From IMG/VR virus record IMGVR_UViG_3300028914_000062, positions 70,924 through 134,923 of that record: a stretch of DNA of 64,000 bases; one strand, written 5' to 3'. Positions 46,814 to 57,501 of this stretch are shown in pieces. Every line of letters starts with the position of its first letter. Within the stretch, counting starts at the first letter, position 1. The DNA comes from a virus. Its lineage: Duplodnaviria > Caudoviricetes. A program made the position numbers and the translations under genes. Below the pieces are notes generated by a model. The model was not told the DNA's origin and searched no databases. It saw only the letters and a list, made by a program, of their open reading frames with translations.

Positions 46814-47806
46814 ATGTACAACTACAACAACACCATCAACACCGCTGCTAACAACACCAACAAAAACAATAACAAAATGGAGGAGATTAAAATGAATGAA
46901 ATAAAAATGGCTTCTATTCTTAACAAACTCGACAGATCCGGTGTTAAAGTCGGATTTAGCGACCAGATCCCCGCTCAGCTTGCTCACAGCGATAAGCCGT
47001 ATATGACGGGTTATATGACCGGAACCGTTCCCGCCAACGTGCCGAGCAACATGTTTGCCCAGGGCGCAGTCGGAGGTATCGGCCTCGTCATCGAAGGTGA
47101 AAAGGAAACCCCTGAGCTTATGGAGCTTGTTTCCTATCTCTCTAGAAACGCATACGAAGGAGCTGCGCTCATCAAATTCTGTCAGAAATGCCTTCTTGCT
47201 GGCAACGTTCCTGTCAGAAAAGTCGTCGACGTTGTTGATGAGGATTGCGGAGAAGAATACGCAGACAACTCTGTGTACTTTATCTGCTCCAATGGTAAAG
47301 TTTTAATCCGCAACGGCGAAGATTTCGAAATCGTTTATGAAGGAACCGTGTTACCTAACCTTCAGACGATGAGCGACAAACAGTGTTTGGATGTCATTCG
47401 CTCTACGGTAGAGACTTATGCCAATTTGGTTGAACAGGGCCGAGACGAAAACAATGAGCAAGATAGCGCAGATGATTTATGGGACCGTGCTTGCAATATT
47501 GCAGTATCCAGAAGTACCCCCGAAGAACTTGAATGGGTTTATAACGTAATTGTCGATATTAAAAAAGCTCGGGGAAATGACGATATAATTCGTGAGCAAG
47601 CTTTAACAGAGGCTATAATGAACTGGGTTGAAGCAAAGTGCCTCAACACTGATTGGACAATAACCAATCAAATGAAACAGATTGAAGCTTTACAAGATTG
47701 GATTGAAGCTTTACAAGATTGGATTGATGAATTCAAAAAAGATCAGAAAAAGGAGGAACCGGAATGCGGCGAAGAAGATGACGGCCAGCAGAATTGGATA
47801 TTTTAA
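46814..47806 (+). CDS. Hypothetical protein
   Basis: Long ORF; in-frame 21-bp tandem duplication at 47681-47722 (IEALQDW x2). Confidence 0.7.
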   Translation: MYNYNNTINTAANNTNKNNNKMEEIKMNEIKMASILNKLDRSGVKVGFSDQIPAQLAHSDKPYMTGYMTGTVPANVPSNMFAQGAVGGIGLVIEGEKETPELMELVSYLSRNAYEGAALIKFCQKCLLAGNVPVRKVVDVVDEDCGEEYADNSVYFICSNGKVLIRNGEDFEIVYEGTVLPNLQTMSDKQCLDVIRSTVETYANLVEQGRDENNEQDSADDLWDRACNIAVSRSTPEELEWVYNVIVDIKKARGNDDIIREQALTEAIMNWVEAKCLNTDWTITNQMKQIEALQDWIEALQDWIDEFKKDQKKEEPECGEEDDGQQNWIF

Positions 47807-47838
47807 TCAACAATAATTATTAATAGGAGGAACAAATT

Positions 47839-48621
47839 ATGAAAAAGAACGAACAGTATCTCGGCAAGCGCATTCTCATCAAGTATATGGAGGGTGAACC
47901 TCGATATACCAACCGCACCGGCATCGTAACTCATGTGGACGATCTCGGTCAGCTTCACGGAACATGGGGTGGCCTTGCGGCCATCCCCAACCATGATTTA
48001 CTTGAAATACTCCCCGATGAGGGAAATAATAAAAAGGAGGAACAAATTATGAAACACACCAACAGCAAAACCAACCCCAAAATCAACAACAAGGAGGAGA
48101 ACAACATGGAAGAAAAAATCGAGTTCACCCCGGCAGAAGAGGCTGCCATCAAGAAGTACAACCAGTGCTTCTACAACGTGGGCAAGGGCCAGTTTGTCAC
48201 CGTCACCTACAAGAAGAGCGCAATCCCCGTCAAGCAGTACAGACAGAAGACGGGTGATGATTTGGCGTTTAAAACCACCCGCACTCAGTATAGGGTGGAT
48301 ATCAACGTCGAAGAGCCCAAGCACGAGTTGACCGAGAGCGGTAAGAAAGCCCAGGAGACCCGTAAGAAGAATGAGGTATGGTTAATCCCCAATCGCCTTA
48401 AGCACAACAGAAAGACGGATAACTACCTGATCGTTCTGTATCCGTTCAAAACGTCGACCTACGATGTGACCTATGGCCACAACGATCACGAGGTCGATAA
48501 GGAAACTTACGAGGCCTTAATCGGAGGCACCAAGTCCAGTGGTAAGCCTCCGTTCTTCACTCTCGCAATGAAGGGCCTTCTCAGAGTTGCGGCTAATAAG
48601 CGTGTTTGGGAGGTGAAATAA
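47839..48621 (+). CDS. DUF4314-like N-terminus fused to a hypothetical protein
   Basis: G.RI....M......G.V..VDD.GQLH..WG.LA.IP..D; internal RBS/ATG at 48049 and 48106. Confidence 0.65.
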   Translation: MKKNEQYLGKRILIKYMEGEPRYTNRTGIVTHVDDLGQLHGTWGGLAAIPNHDLLEILPDEGNNKKEEQIMKHTNSKTNPKINNKEENNMEEKIEFTPAEEAAIKKYNQCFYNVGKGQFVTVTYKKSAIPVKQYRQKTGDDLAFKTTRTQYRVDINVEEPKHELTESGKKAQETRKKNEVWLIPNRLKHNRKTDNYLIVLYPFKTSTYDVTYGHNDHEVDKETYEALIGGTKSSGKPPFFTLAMKGLLRVAANKRVWEVK

Positions 48622-48700
48622 TATAATGCCCCGGGGTGGGCTCCCATGCGAAAGCTAAAGCAAGCCCATTTTCCCATTCTAAATATAAAGGAGAATAAAT

Positions 48701-49318
48701 ATGATTTTATATTATATTCAATCGGGGGTCAATCCGTACACCAGCGCTGCTCATGGATATTGTTGGCAAAGCAAAACTGCTTGTAAGCAATATAAAAATG
48801 AACATGAAATAAATCCAAGAGAATCCAGAATCAAACGAATTGATACTAAAAACATAGAAGATATTATACAAGCGTTAACAGATTTTAATTCTTATTGTTT
48901 TTTAGAAGCAATAGACCGTTTAGATATAAAAAACAATTGCGTAGATCTGCGATTTTGTGGATTAGGTCGGAAAGATAACATAAACTCATCTAATCTGTTT
49001 TTCCACAAAGGAAAATTTCAAAATATATTAGACGAAAAATACTTTAAACCTGACGAAACAGGAAAGAGCAGACTACCATTAAATTTCCCATATATTAATA
49101 GACGTATGAACAAACTGTTAACGTCTTATGGATGGATTGTAGCTAATAAGCATACATATATCCCAATTACCAATCCTTGCTCCACAATTATTTTAATGAA
49201 GGGTACTTATGGAGAACAAACTCATTGGGATTCTTACTATCAAAGAGCGCCATATGAATATATGCGAGATAAATATCAGTTATATATTCATAAAAGTGTT
49301 GTAAAAACCATAAAATAA
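48701..49318 (+). CDS. Hypothetical protein (205 aa)
   Basis: RBS; AT-rich. Confidence 0.6.
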   Translation: MILYYIQSGVNPYTSAAHGYCWQSKTACKQYKNEHEINPRESRIKRIDTKNIEDIIQALTDFNSYCFLEAIDRLDIKNNCVDLRFCGLGRKDNINSSNLFFHKGKFQNILDEKYFKPDETGKSRLPLNFPYINRRMNKLLTSYGWIVANKHTYIPITNPCSTIILMKGTYGEQTHWDSYYQRAPYEYMRDKYQLYIHKSVVKTIK

Positions 49319-49339
49319 AAATATAAGGAGGATATAGCT

Positions 49340-49543
49340 ATGCACAAAGAAAAAATCAGAATGGAAACATGCAGAATGTGCCATCAGGAGGTTCACCGCG
49401 AGGATATGCGATGGACCTATGACTGTCACGGAATCCCATTCCGTTGTGTATGCCCGGAGTGCTACGAGGCCATCATGGAAGAGAAAGGCTATGATGGAGA
49501 ATACTACACGGAATTCGATGAAAATATCGAAGAAAATTATTAA
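49340..49543 (+). CDS. Small zinc-finger protein (67 aa)
   Basis: CxxC..DCHGIPFR.VCxxC. Confidence 0.65.
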   Translation: MHKEKIRMETCRMCHQEVHREDMRWTYDCHGIPFRCVCPECYEAIMEEKGYDGEYYTEFDENIEENY

Positions 49544-49561
49544 TTAATAGGAGGAATAATT

Positions 49562-51724
49562 ATGAACAAACAGCCTAGTTTCCAGTTTCATCTCCATCAG
49601 AATGGAACAATCATCTTTAAAGGCAATATCGCAGAAGAATCTTTTGAGGTGAAGGTGCCCAAGTCTGAGGTGCTTAACCCCAAAACAATGCAAAGCTTCC
49701 AAGGACAGTATTATCCTTCCAACGCTGAACGAGGCGGTTGGTTTGATATGCTAACTGGAAAATTCCCCTTGTCCCAGGAAGAAATTAGTGAATGTAATTA
49801 CCGGTATAAATTTTGGAGCGGAGAACTCCGGAGAGAATTTAATGGGTGTTACATCAAGAAAATTGAGCCCTCGATTTTAGTGTTCTTCTGTATCACCTTA
49901 AACACAGAAAAAAGCGCCCAAGAGATATATGAGCAGGGTCACTTCATGAAGAAATGGAAATATGAAGTGCCCTATGTTATCGTATACCATAAAGGGAAAG
50001 TTTACATTTATGATACGGTAATTAAAGAAGTCAAGTATCTTCTCCAATATAAAAAAGAAGCAGACATTTTAAATGCCTACCTATCTTGGGAGTGCCCTTT
50101 TACCGACTTCAAGAAAACAGGAGAAACGTGGGGTGATTATATTTCCTACGTTGGAATTACCAGTTCCGGAAGATCGGCCTGGTGGTGCAATTCCAATATG
50201 ATTTCTCTCCTACGTAACGCAATTTATGATGCAAGAGATCACGCTATTACTGCTAATGGTCCCAAAAAATCGATGGGAGAGGGATTGGAAGAAAAATTCT
50301 ACGACGCTTTACACACGCCGATTCCAGAGGGACTAATTAATGCTTCTCTTAGGTCCGCGATCATTACCAAGTATCAAGATCTCCTAATAATTAATTACAA
50401 AAATGGGCAAGGATATATTGGTAGATTTGTTCTCGATGGAACCAAACATTTTTCCAATTTTGTTAAGCGAGGAGATAATTGGTATTATGAAAAGCATAAG
50501 GTTCGTGATCTTTACGGTTATGATCTCATTCAATGGAATCCCGAGGTCGCCAAAGGAACCGTTTATGAACCGCTATGTCGCACAAAGCATTTTGGAGATA
50601 TTAAACAGCAACCCGGCATAATGCTTCATTACTTCCAATACTTAAATGGAAAATTTGATGGGGATCGAGCTATGGTTGAACAATATATCAAAGAATTTAT
50701 AGCATTTTTCGACAATGATTTATTGTATTCAATCTATGAAATTAACCCCGCAACCAATTCTTTAATCTCCATGTATCAGACAACGATTTCTTTGTATCCG
50801 GTTCGATACTGGATAAGGGTTCTCTCGCATTCGCATCAAAAACAATTTACAAATTCTTATGATTGGTATGGTGTCAATAAATATCAAATTTCAAAATTTG
50901 TACAATTATTAAAGCTACTCAAACAAAACCAAAAACCTAGTTATTATCAAGGCCTTAATTATCGATCTGCTATGCAAAACTTATTCAATTTCATTGCAAA
51001 ATTTTGGTACAATAATGAAACGGCAGATTTGCGAGGATTAAGCAATTCAAAATTTGATCTTTTGTTCGATTGGATTTATGAATTAAAAGATTATCCGTGG
51101 CCATACTATGGAGAGAATCTAATTCCCGCCAACGTGGATAAAGAAGCTCTAATCCGTTTCTGGCAAAAAGAAGGGTATACTCCCCAAGACCTGCGCAATT
51201 GGAGAGATACAATTCAAATGATGCGCCAGGTCACTCGTGGTGAACCTCTAACGTCAAGTGTTCTGAAAATTCGTCTAGTTGATTTACACACGATTCACGA
51301 TCGATTAGCAGCACAAATTCACGAATTTGAATCTAAATCGGCGGCTGAAAAATGGGAAATTCAAAAACCGAATTGGGAAAAATATGTATATGAAGATCCG
51401 ACATATACAATTATTATTCCCGAAAAACCAGAAGATCTCACAAGAGAAGGTACATTGCTGCAGCATTGCGTCGGATCTTATATTAACCGTGTCGCCAACG
51501 GCAGTGATATCATTTTGTTCTTAAGGAAGAAGGAGAAACCAGATGAACCGTTCTATACTCTAAATTTGTCACCGGATGGTACCAAAATTGAACAAGTTCA
51601 CGGCCACCATAATAAATGGCCGGCTATGAATCCAGAAATCTTACCTTTCTTGGATAAGTGGATTAAGAAATTTAACATTGAAGGATGGGAGGGAATTAGA
51701 AATGTAAAAAGAGACCATTATTAA
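49562..51724 (+). CDS. PcfJ-domain protein, paralog 1 (720 aa)
   Basis: C-terminal EG..L.HCVGSY..R...G...ILFLRK...P..PFYTL...Q.HG..N. Confidence 0.85.
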   Translation: MNKQPSFQFHLHQNGTIIFKGNIAEESFEVKVPKSEVLNPKTMQSFQGQYYPSNAERGGWFDMLTGKFPLSQEEISECNYRYKFWSGELRREFNGCYIKKIEPSILVFFCITLNTEKSAQEIYEQGHFMKKWKYEVPYVIVYHKGKVYIYDTVIKEVKYLLQYKKEADILNAYLSWECPFTDFKKTGETWGDYISYVGITSSGRSAWWCNSNMISLLRNAIYDARDHAITANGPKKSMGEGLEEKFYDALHTPIPEGLINASLRSAIITKYQDLLIINYKNGQGYIGRFVLDGTKHFSNFVKRGDNWYYEKHKVRDLYGYDLIQWNPEVAKGTVYEPLCRTKHFGDIKQQPGIMLHYFQYLNGKFDGDRAMVEQYIKEFIAFFDNDLLYSIYEINPATNSLISMYQTTISLYPVRYWIRVLSHSHQKQFTNSYDWYGVNKYQISKFVQLLKLLKQNQKPSYYQGLNYRSAMQNLFNFIAKFWYNNETADLRGLSNSKFDLLFDWIYELKDYPWPYYGENLIPANVDKEALIRFWQKEGYTPQDLRNWRDTIQMMRQVTRGEPLTSSVLKIRLVDLHTIHDRLAAQIHEFESKSAAEKWEIQKPNWEKYVYEDPTYTIIIPEKPEDLTREGTLLQHCVGSYINRVANGSDIILFLRKKEKPDEPFYTLNLSPDGTKIEQVHGHHNKWPAMNPEILPFLDKWIKKFNIEGWEGIRNVKRDHY

Positions 51725-51732
51725 TCCCAATT

Positions 51733-51790
51733 ACCGTCGAGGGGCGAGACGTAAAACCCGACCACAAAAATATTTGAATTAAAAGGAGAA
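51733..51790 (+). repeat. Second copy of the 58-bp intergenic repeat
   Basis: Matches 44863-44920. Confidence 0.85.
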
Positions 51791-51797
51791 ACAAACT

Positions 51798-54401
51798 ATG
51801 TCAAACATCAAAGTCAACCAGAACGTCGAACTCAAGCCCCTTGTCCTCAAAACTAAAGCCCGCTGCCTCCATTATCATGACCCCAACACGAAGCTCCAAG
51901 ATTCGATCATAATTGAGCAGCAATGGGATCCCAGAGCGTACACCGTCGAAAAAATCGATAACTATTTGGCTATCAACTTCTGGAGATATTCAGATGGTTA
52001 CTACTCAGATCCGTACAGGGTGTCGTCGTTCAATTCCCGTACGAATACACACATGGTACCGATTGGCAACAAGTACCCTGGATCCAGAATTCAGTTAAGA
52101 ATTTATCAAAATCGTAAAGTCGCATTGGTTCATGAACATAGAATCAATGTTGACGGTCACGATCAGATTAAGACCTTTGTGCAAAACGACATGGATGGAG
52201 GACACCTTGTCTACAGATCCTGGGGAGCCAGACACGAGCCCGGTGTGGATGCTACTTTGTTCTTTAACTCGATTAAAGATATGACCGACAAAGAGATTGA
52301 AGCTGCCGCAAAGACATTAAGAAAAGCTGAGGTCACTCAGTTAATCAATTATGTAGGCGGTCGATTAGCTTCTGATATATCTGATTCAAACGAGATCATT
52401 GCGTTCAATCAGACAGATCGATGCTATGTTCATCTGGGGGCCAACACTATAGATCGAGTTAAAAAATTCTTTGGAGATAGTATTCCTAAGAATTATGGCA
52501 AAATCACGAACCTAGAGAGCTTAATGAGGTTCTCGTACTATAAAGATGCCAATACCGATGCCAGCATCAAAAAGAACGAGGATATGTTCAAAACTCTGAT
52601 GGAACCTTACAAAGAGCAGATCCGGAGATTACAACCAAGAACCCAGTTCTGGTTCAGAACCGATAGTTATATTGGATGCTATATCAAAGGTAGTCAAGAT
52701 AACTATTATTGGGACCGTACGCGTAATGGGTCTGCTTGGGTATTCTTGTATAATTACAAAACCAGGTCTAGGATCTTGATGAAATATAATATTGAAACAG
52801 GATCTTATACTAAGAACGTACCATCATTAAGCGCATTGGATGATTTCCACTTTGGGCCGACCTGGGACTGGAGAGGTAATTATGGTCAGCAGCAGCCTCC
52901 AATGGACAAGCCTGCGTACTCCGTGGTTATCGCTAATAATCTCCCGATTAAAGAGTTGTTTGCTAATACCAATATCGGATTTTTATTAGAAAACAACCCC
53001 GATTTCAAGCTCCGGAATTTGCACGTTTATACGCGCAATGGAACAAATCCTCAGATACCTATATCCCAGATTATTACCAAAGAATCAATCCAAGAATGGG
53101 CGCTTATCCTCTTAGGCTCTTCCAATAACCCAGTTTTGGAAATGCTCTTGAAAAGCAAAATGTACAATTTGTACGATTTGGCTTTAAAGGATATGACGAA
53201 CCAAGGTGGAAGATTCGACGATATTGACGCAAAGAAAGCTCGTCATTCTTGGTATGGCCGTACTCAGTATTTCCCATACCATGGAAAACAGAAAAACCTT
53301 TCCAAGATGTTTGAAATGACGGTCGATCAGTTAAGAGTCTTGGACGAGCTATATGCAACCGTTAATAGAGACGATTATTATTGGAACAGTAACCACTATC
53401 GTCCGCATTGGCTGGACTCTGTTTTACATGTCCCGCTCTCAAGCTTGGATTTGGACACATTCAAGAAACTGTGTGAAATGAGTAAAGGCAACGATTATGG
53501 ATCATTGCCTGAGATGAACCTCAACGGTCTTAAACCCAAAGAGATCGTTAACACATTCTATATCTATAAGGATCATATGCAAGAATTCAAGGATTACTTG
53601 AATGCCAGAAAGACCTTACAGACAATTCAAGAAAGATTCCCTGATCGCTCCATTTTCAGTGAGAGAGATTATCCTCTTAAGCCGAAAGCGGGTAAAAAGT
53701 TTGTCAGGTTTATCTCTGGCATGACGGGCCAGGGTCGTTATGGATCACAGAGATTGAACACCTGGTATGATTTCCAGAACTATTATTCCAGTAATTATAA
53801 AAATTGCTGTGAATTTGTTCCAAATGTCGGCGTCAGTTTAACCTTGGGGACAATTGAAATGTTGAAGTATTTACACAATGATGCCTCTTTCTGGGCTTCT
53901 TTCTACCAAGATTCTACCAAGACCGAATCGTTCCAGAAAGCCTTGGAGAGAGTCAAAGAATACGTCTACGTCGATGAGGACATGGGGCTGGAAATGGTTT
54001 CTCCGAGCTCAATTCAGGATTTGAAAGCAGAAGGAGAAACTCTGCACCATTGTGTAGGATCTTATGTTGATTCGATCATCGGAGGAAAAGAAAATATCAT
54101 GTTCCTCAGAAGATCAGATATGCCTGGTGCCCCGTTCTACACGGTTGAATTGGTACCGCCGATGGATGACCACGGCGACATCTTGGATGAACATAAGAAG
54201 ATTATCAGACAGGTTCACTGCTATTACAACGGAGACCTGACTGAAGAGGGCCAAGACAAAGCCTATGAACAATCAAGCATGCCGGTCTATAACAAGAAAT
54301 TTAATATCGTTGAGTTCTTGTTAAAATGGGCCAAAGCCAAGAAGGACATCGACTCTCAGTCGATTAAAAGCAGATACGGCGCTCTCTGCGCTCTCAGATA
54401 A
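51798..54401 (+). CDS. PcfJ-domain protein, paralog 2 (867 aa)
   Basis: EGETLHHCVGSY...IMFLRR...PFYTVE. Confidence 0.85.
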   Translation: MSNIKVNQNVELKPLVLKTKARCLHYHDPNTKLQDSIIIEQQWDPRAYTVEKIDNYLAINFWRYSDGYYSDPYRVSSFNSRTNTHMVPIGNKYPGSRIQLRIYQNRKVALVHEHRINVDGHDQIKTFVQNDMDGGHLVYRSWGARHEPGVDATLFFNSIKDMTDKEIEAAAKTLRKAEVTQLINYVGGRLASDISDSNEIIAFNQTDRCYVHLGANTIDRVKKFFGDSIPKNYGKITNLESLMRFSYYKDANTDASIKKNEDMFKTLMEPYKEQIRRLQPRTQFWFRTDSYIGCYIKGSQDNYYWDRTRNGSAWVFLYNYKTRSRILMKYNIETGSYTKNVPSLSALDDFHFGPTWDWRGNYGQQQPPMDKPAYSVVIANNLPIKELFANTNIGFLLENNPDFKLRNLHVYTRNGTNPQIPISQIITKESIQEWALILLGSSNNPVLEMLLKSKMYNLYDLALKDMTNQGGRFDDIDAKKARHSWYGRTQYFPYHGKQKNLSKMFEMTVDQLRVLDELYATVNRDDYYWNSNHYRPHWLDSVLHVPLSSLDLDTFKKLCEMSKGNDYGSLPEMNLNGLKPKEIVNTFYIYKDHMQEFKDYLNARKTLQTIQERFPDRSIFSERDYPLKPKAGKKFVRFISGMTGQGRYGSQRLNTWYDFQNYYSSNYKNCCEFVPNVGVSLTLGTIEMLKYLHNDASFWASFYQDSTKTESFQKALERVKEYVYVDEDMGLEMVSPSSIQDLKAEGETLHHCVGSYVDSIIGGKENIMFLRRSDMPGAPFYTVELVPPMDDHGDILDEHKKIIRQVHCYYNGDLTEEGQDKAYEQSSMPVYNKKFNIVEFLLKWAKAKKDIDSQSIKSRYGALCALR

Positions 54402-54422
54402 TTAGTTAGGAGGTAAACCACA

Positions 54423-54443
54423 GTGTTTATTAGAGGACCTTAA
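54423..54443 (+). CDS. Micro-ORF MFIRGP-TAA
   Basis: AGGAGGT RBS; GTG start; shared IR(G/A)P-stop ending. Confidence 0.55.
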   Translation: MFIRGP

Positions 54444-54504
54444 TATAATCCAATGCTACATACCATTCCCCTATTAAAAAATAATAATAAAGGAGATTTG
54501 CAAC

Positions 54505-54684
54505 ATGAGTATGGAAGAAATGGTTTATAGGTTTAAAATTGAGCCCAGAGGAAGTTTTCGTGGTACCTACAGCTGGCTGGTCGTCTATGATAATTACGAA
54601 CAGAAATATGTCATGGACGGTCGTGCCTACAAAAAGTTTAAACATTCAATTGAAGTGTTTGAATATTTACAAAATAACTACTAA
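54505..54684 (+). CDS. Hypothetical protein (59 aa)
   Basis: AAGGAG RBS; not in track. Confidence 0.55.
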   Translation: MSMEEMVYRFKIEPRGSFRGTYSWLVVYDNYEQKYVMDGRAYKKFKHSIEVFEYLQNNY

Positions 54685-54700
54685 TAGGAGGAACAACAAC

Positions 54701-55138
54701 ATGAAAAAGATTTGTGTCAGCTGCAATCAGAAAGTCCGCTACAACGAGGAATGGGGCAAATGCTACAACGGCATCATCCACAAGGAATGTTTCCAAGAGG
54801 AAATCGTAGATAATCCTGAGGAATACTATGGGGACAAATATATTCCTATTCGCGAACCCAAATATCGCCTCAGAAAAATGATCCGACGCAATAAAGTGTA
54901 CCAGGCTATATACCGTAAGCTTACAGAAAAGCGTCGATTAATCGCCATGCTTGAAGAAAGCAATCGCATAATGAACAACCTCGCGTTCGTTAATGAATTA
55001 CATTATACCGGCGCGTTACGAGCTATAGAAGAAGGCAATAGGCAAGAGTTAATGTCTGAAATCTCGGCTCAAAACGTAGCGGTTCAACGCTACAAAGCTA
55101 TGGTTAACCACATGTGGAAACATGTAGAAAAAAAATAA
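54701..55138 (+). CDS. Zinc-finger-containing hypothetical protein
   Basis: AGGAGG RBS before MKKICVSC...HKEC. Confidence 0.6.
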   Translation: MKKICVSCNQKVRYNEEWGKCYNGIIHKECFQEEIVDNPEEYYGDKYIPIREPKYRLRKMIRRNKVYQAIYRKLTEKRRLIAMLEESNRIMNNLAFVNELHYTGALRAIEEGNRQELMSEISAQNVAVQRYKAMVNHMWKHVEKK

Positions 55139-55164
55139 AAAACAATAATAGGAGGAGAAGCACT

Positions 55165-57393
55165 ATGAACAACACTCAAAACACCCAGTCCAACAAAAAT
55201 ATCAAGGAGGAACAGAAAATGGAGAACAAGGCGATCAAAGCGAGATTTCTGGCAAATAGAGATTTGTCGATTGAGGTTATTTGCGATGGAGAAAAAATCT
55301 CTGTAAAAATACCTCACAACAGATTTGTGGGACCTAACGCCAGAGAATTTTACAGAACGGGATATTTTGGCGACAAATGGACCTATGTGAATTGTTTCAC
55401 CGGAAAAGAAAAACCCGTAGAAGTAAAAAATTACACTACGATAGATTATGACATGCGAGTACACTTATATGAGTTATTACCTAATAATAAGGTAATGGCG
55501 ATATTCTTAGACTTCGAAAGTACTCGTGCAACGGGTACGATCCGTCCCGTTGTAGATCGTATTTACGTCTTTGGCAATAACCATGTAATACATTATAGGG
55601 GATTAAGAGACTTAAGTCTGGGAAATCTTTCTAATGGGTATGTAGAAGATGTAAGGTTTGTAAAAGACTTGAAAAATAATTACCTTAGTAGTTATGGAAT
55701 ATATCCTTCTACTCAGCGCCCAGAGATAATGAATGCGATTTATCGCCATTTAAATCAAGAATCAAGCACCGCATACCGTGGTGAAGACAATCCCTATTTC
55801 TTAGAAAGAAATTATATTAATTATATCAGAAGTAGGGGTGGAGTCATGGCAACAAATAATCCCACTGTAGAGACCATGTATGCTGATCTATTGACTCGCC
55901 CCATTGTCTTGCCCACAGAAGAGCAAATAACCACAGCCAAAAATGAAAATTTAATAGCTGCAATTGGTGAGCGTATTGGCGATACGATTATGATTACCTG
56001 TAAACTTAGCACATATTACAATACGATACATAGGATTATTCTGAACAAAAAACACTGTTCTACGTTCAGTAAAAACGGAGGCGCTGAAGTTGGTGGTGCT
56101 CGCCGCTGGACTAATGACGATTGGCATTACGAATCGAGTCCCAGCCAATACGATTTGAAGAAGGTTAGTATTATTAATCTTACTTTGGATATGGTGAAAG
56201 GGCTGCCATATGAAAAAGCTGTGCGCGCCAAACACTTTGCTAAGGTTTGCAAAGAGCATCTGTCTCTCTTTAGATTAATGAGAAAATTTGCTTATCACCT
56301 TGGCCAAGATGCTTATTCAAACTCAGACAAAATGGCAATACAACACCTCATTTGGTGCTGCGATTCTGATGAGTGCGTTGCTCTCTTAACCAAAGCCAAT
56401 GGATTTCCCGCTTTTAAGATGTTCGGTGCTTATGGAAGGAGTATTACTATATCCGATCCGTTACACGAACTAATTGGTAAGGCCGATCCAATGGCTACTA
56501 GTTTAAACGCTGCTATTGGTTTAAATCATGAGCAGTTAAAAATGGCGGTGGAATTGGATAAGACTTACCGCCAATATGAAAGCCCCACCGCATACTACAA
56601 GGGAGCGAGCTATTACAGTGCGGTGCGGAGTGTTATTAGTAGTTATCGGTATTTCGTACACGGCAATACTAATGCAGATCTCAGATCCACGTCCAATGCA
56701 GATTTCAAAACCTGGATTGATTGGGCTAAAGACAGAGCCAGCCAAGGAGATAATGGTAATTTGAACTTTGGATGGGGATGGGATCGCGTGCTACCCGCTA
56801 ATCTTGATCGCATGGCTTTGGTTAGATTCTGGGCAAAGCACAATTACGGGTCTAGTGATATTCAATCCTTACTTGATTTGGTTAATATGAATTATCGTAT
56901 GACCCAAGTTATGCCTACTACTGAAGACTTCCGTATCCGTGATGTTGAAGACTTGCGTAGAAGACACGACCGAGCAGTAATTGCTCAACGCATGTTCGAT
57001 AACAAGAGTCAGTTGGAAAAATGGGAAATTACCAAACCCAAATGGGACAAATTCACATTCAAAAACGACGAGTACGAAATCATTCCTCCCGAAAAACCGG
57101 AAGAGATTGTAACAGAAGGTAGGGTTTTAAGTCATTGTGTTGGAGGTTACGTTGATCGAGTCGCCAGAGGTGAGACCATCATCTTATTCTTAAGGAAAAA
57201 GAATGATCCTACAAAACCGTTTTATACCCTTAATATTGATCCCGAGGGTAAAAGATTAATCCAGGCTCACGGTTATGGAAATAGGTGGCCCGCGACCGAT
57301 CCTGAAATCTTACCCTTCTTGGATGAATGGGTCAAGAAATTCGGATTTGAAGGTTGGGATTATATCCGTACCGTCAACCGTGATCACTATTAA
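55165..57393 (+). CDS. PcfJ-domain protein, paralog 3
   Basis: EGRVLSHCVGGY..ILFLRKK..PFYTL; C-terminus closely similar to paralog 1. Confidence 0.85.
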   Translation: MNNTQNTQSNKNIKEEQKMENKAIKARFLANRDLSIEVICDGEKISVKIPHNRFVGPNAREFYRTGYFGDKWTYVNCFTGKEKPVEVKNYTTIDYDMRVHLYELLPNNKVMAIFLDFESTRATGTIRPVVDRIYVFGNNHVIHYRGLRDLSLGNLSNGYVEDVRFVKDLKNNYLSSYGIYPSTQRPEIMNAIYRHLNQESSTAYRGEDNPYFLERNYINYIRSRGGVMATNNPTVETMYADLLTRPIVLPTEEQITTAKNENLIAAIGERIGDTIMITCKLSTYYNTIHRIILNKKHCSTFSKNGGAEVGGARRWTNDDWHYESSPSQYDLKKVSIINLTLDMVKGLPYEKAVRAKHFAKVCKEHLSLFRLMRKFAYHLGQDAYSNSDKMAIQHLIWCCDSDECVALLTKANGFPAFKMFGAYGRSITISDPLHELIGKADPMATSLNAAIGLNHEQLKMAVELDKTYRQYESPTAYYKGASYYSAVRSVISSYRYFVHGNTNADLRSTSNADFKTWIDWAKDRASQGDNGNLNFGWGWDRVLPANLDRMALVRFWAKHNYGSSDIQSLLDLVNMNYRMTQVMPTTEDFRIRDVEDLRRRHDRAVIAQRMFDNKSQLEKWEITKPKWDKFTFKNDEYEIIPPEKPEEIVTEGRVLSHCVGGYVDRVARGETIILFLRKKNDPTKPFYTLNIDPEGKRLIQAHGYGNRWPATDPEILPFLDEWVKKFGFEGWDYIRTVNRDHY

Positions 57394-57411
57394 TTAACAG
57401 GAGGAAACAAA

Positions 57412-57432
57412 ATGTTAATCAGAGGACCGTAG
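57412..57432 (+). CDS. Micro-ORF MLIRGP-TAG
   Basis: AGGAGG RBS. Confidence 0.55.
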   Translation: MLIRGP

Positions 57433-57501
57433 AAAAATACTTGGCTCCCTTTCCAGTACACCCAAATTTCAAAATAAAATTTAATTTAAAGGAGAATTAC
57501 T

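Noticed and set aside
38500-52000. CRISPR array
   Set aside because: Repeats occur as dispersed pairs kilobases apart, not regularly spaced with spacers; no cas operon
54539-54700. Track N-terminal extension of the 199-aa ORF
   Set aside because: Overlaps an RBS-supported 59-aa ORF in another frame; the true start is likely 54701
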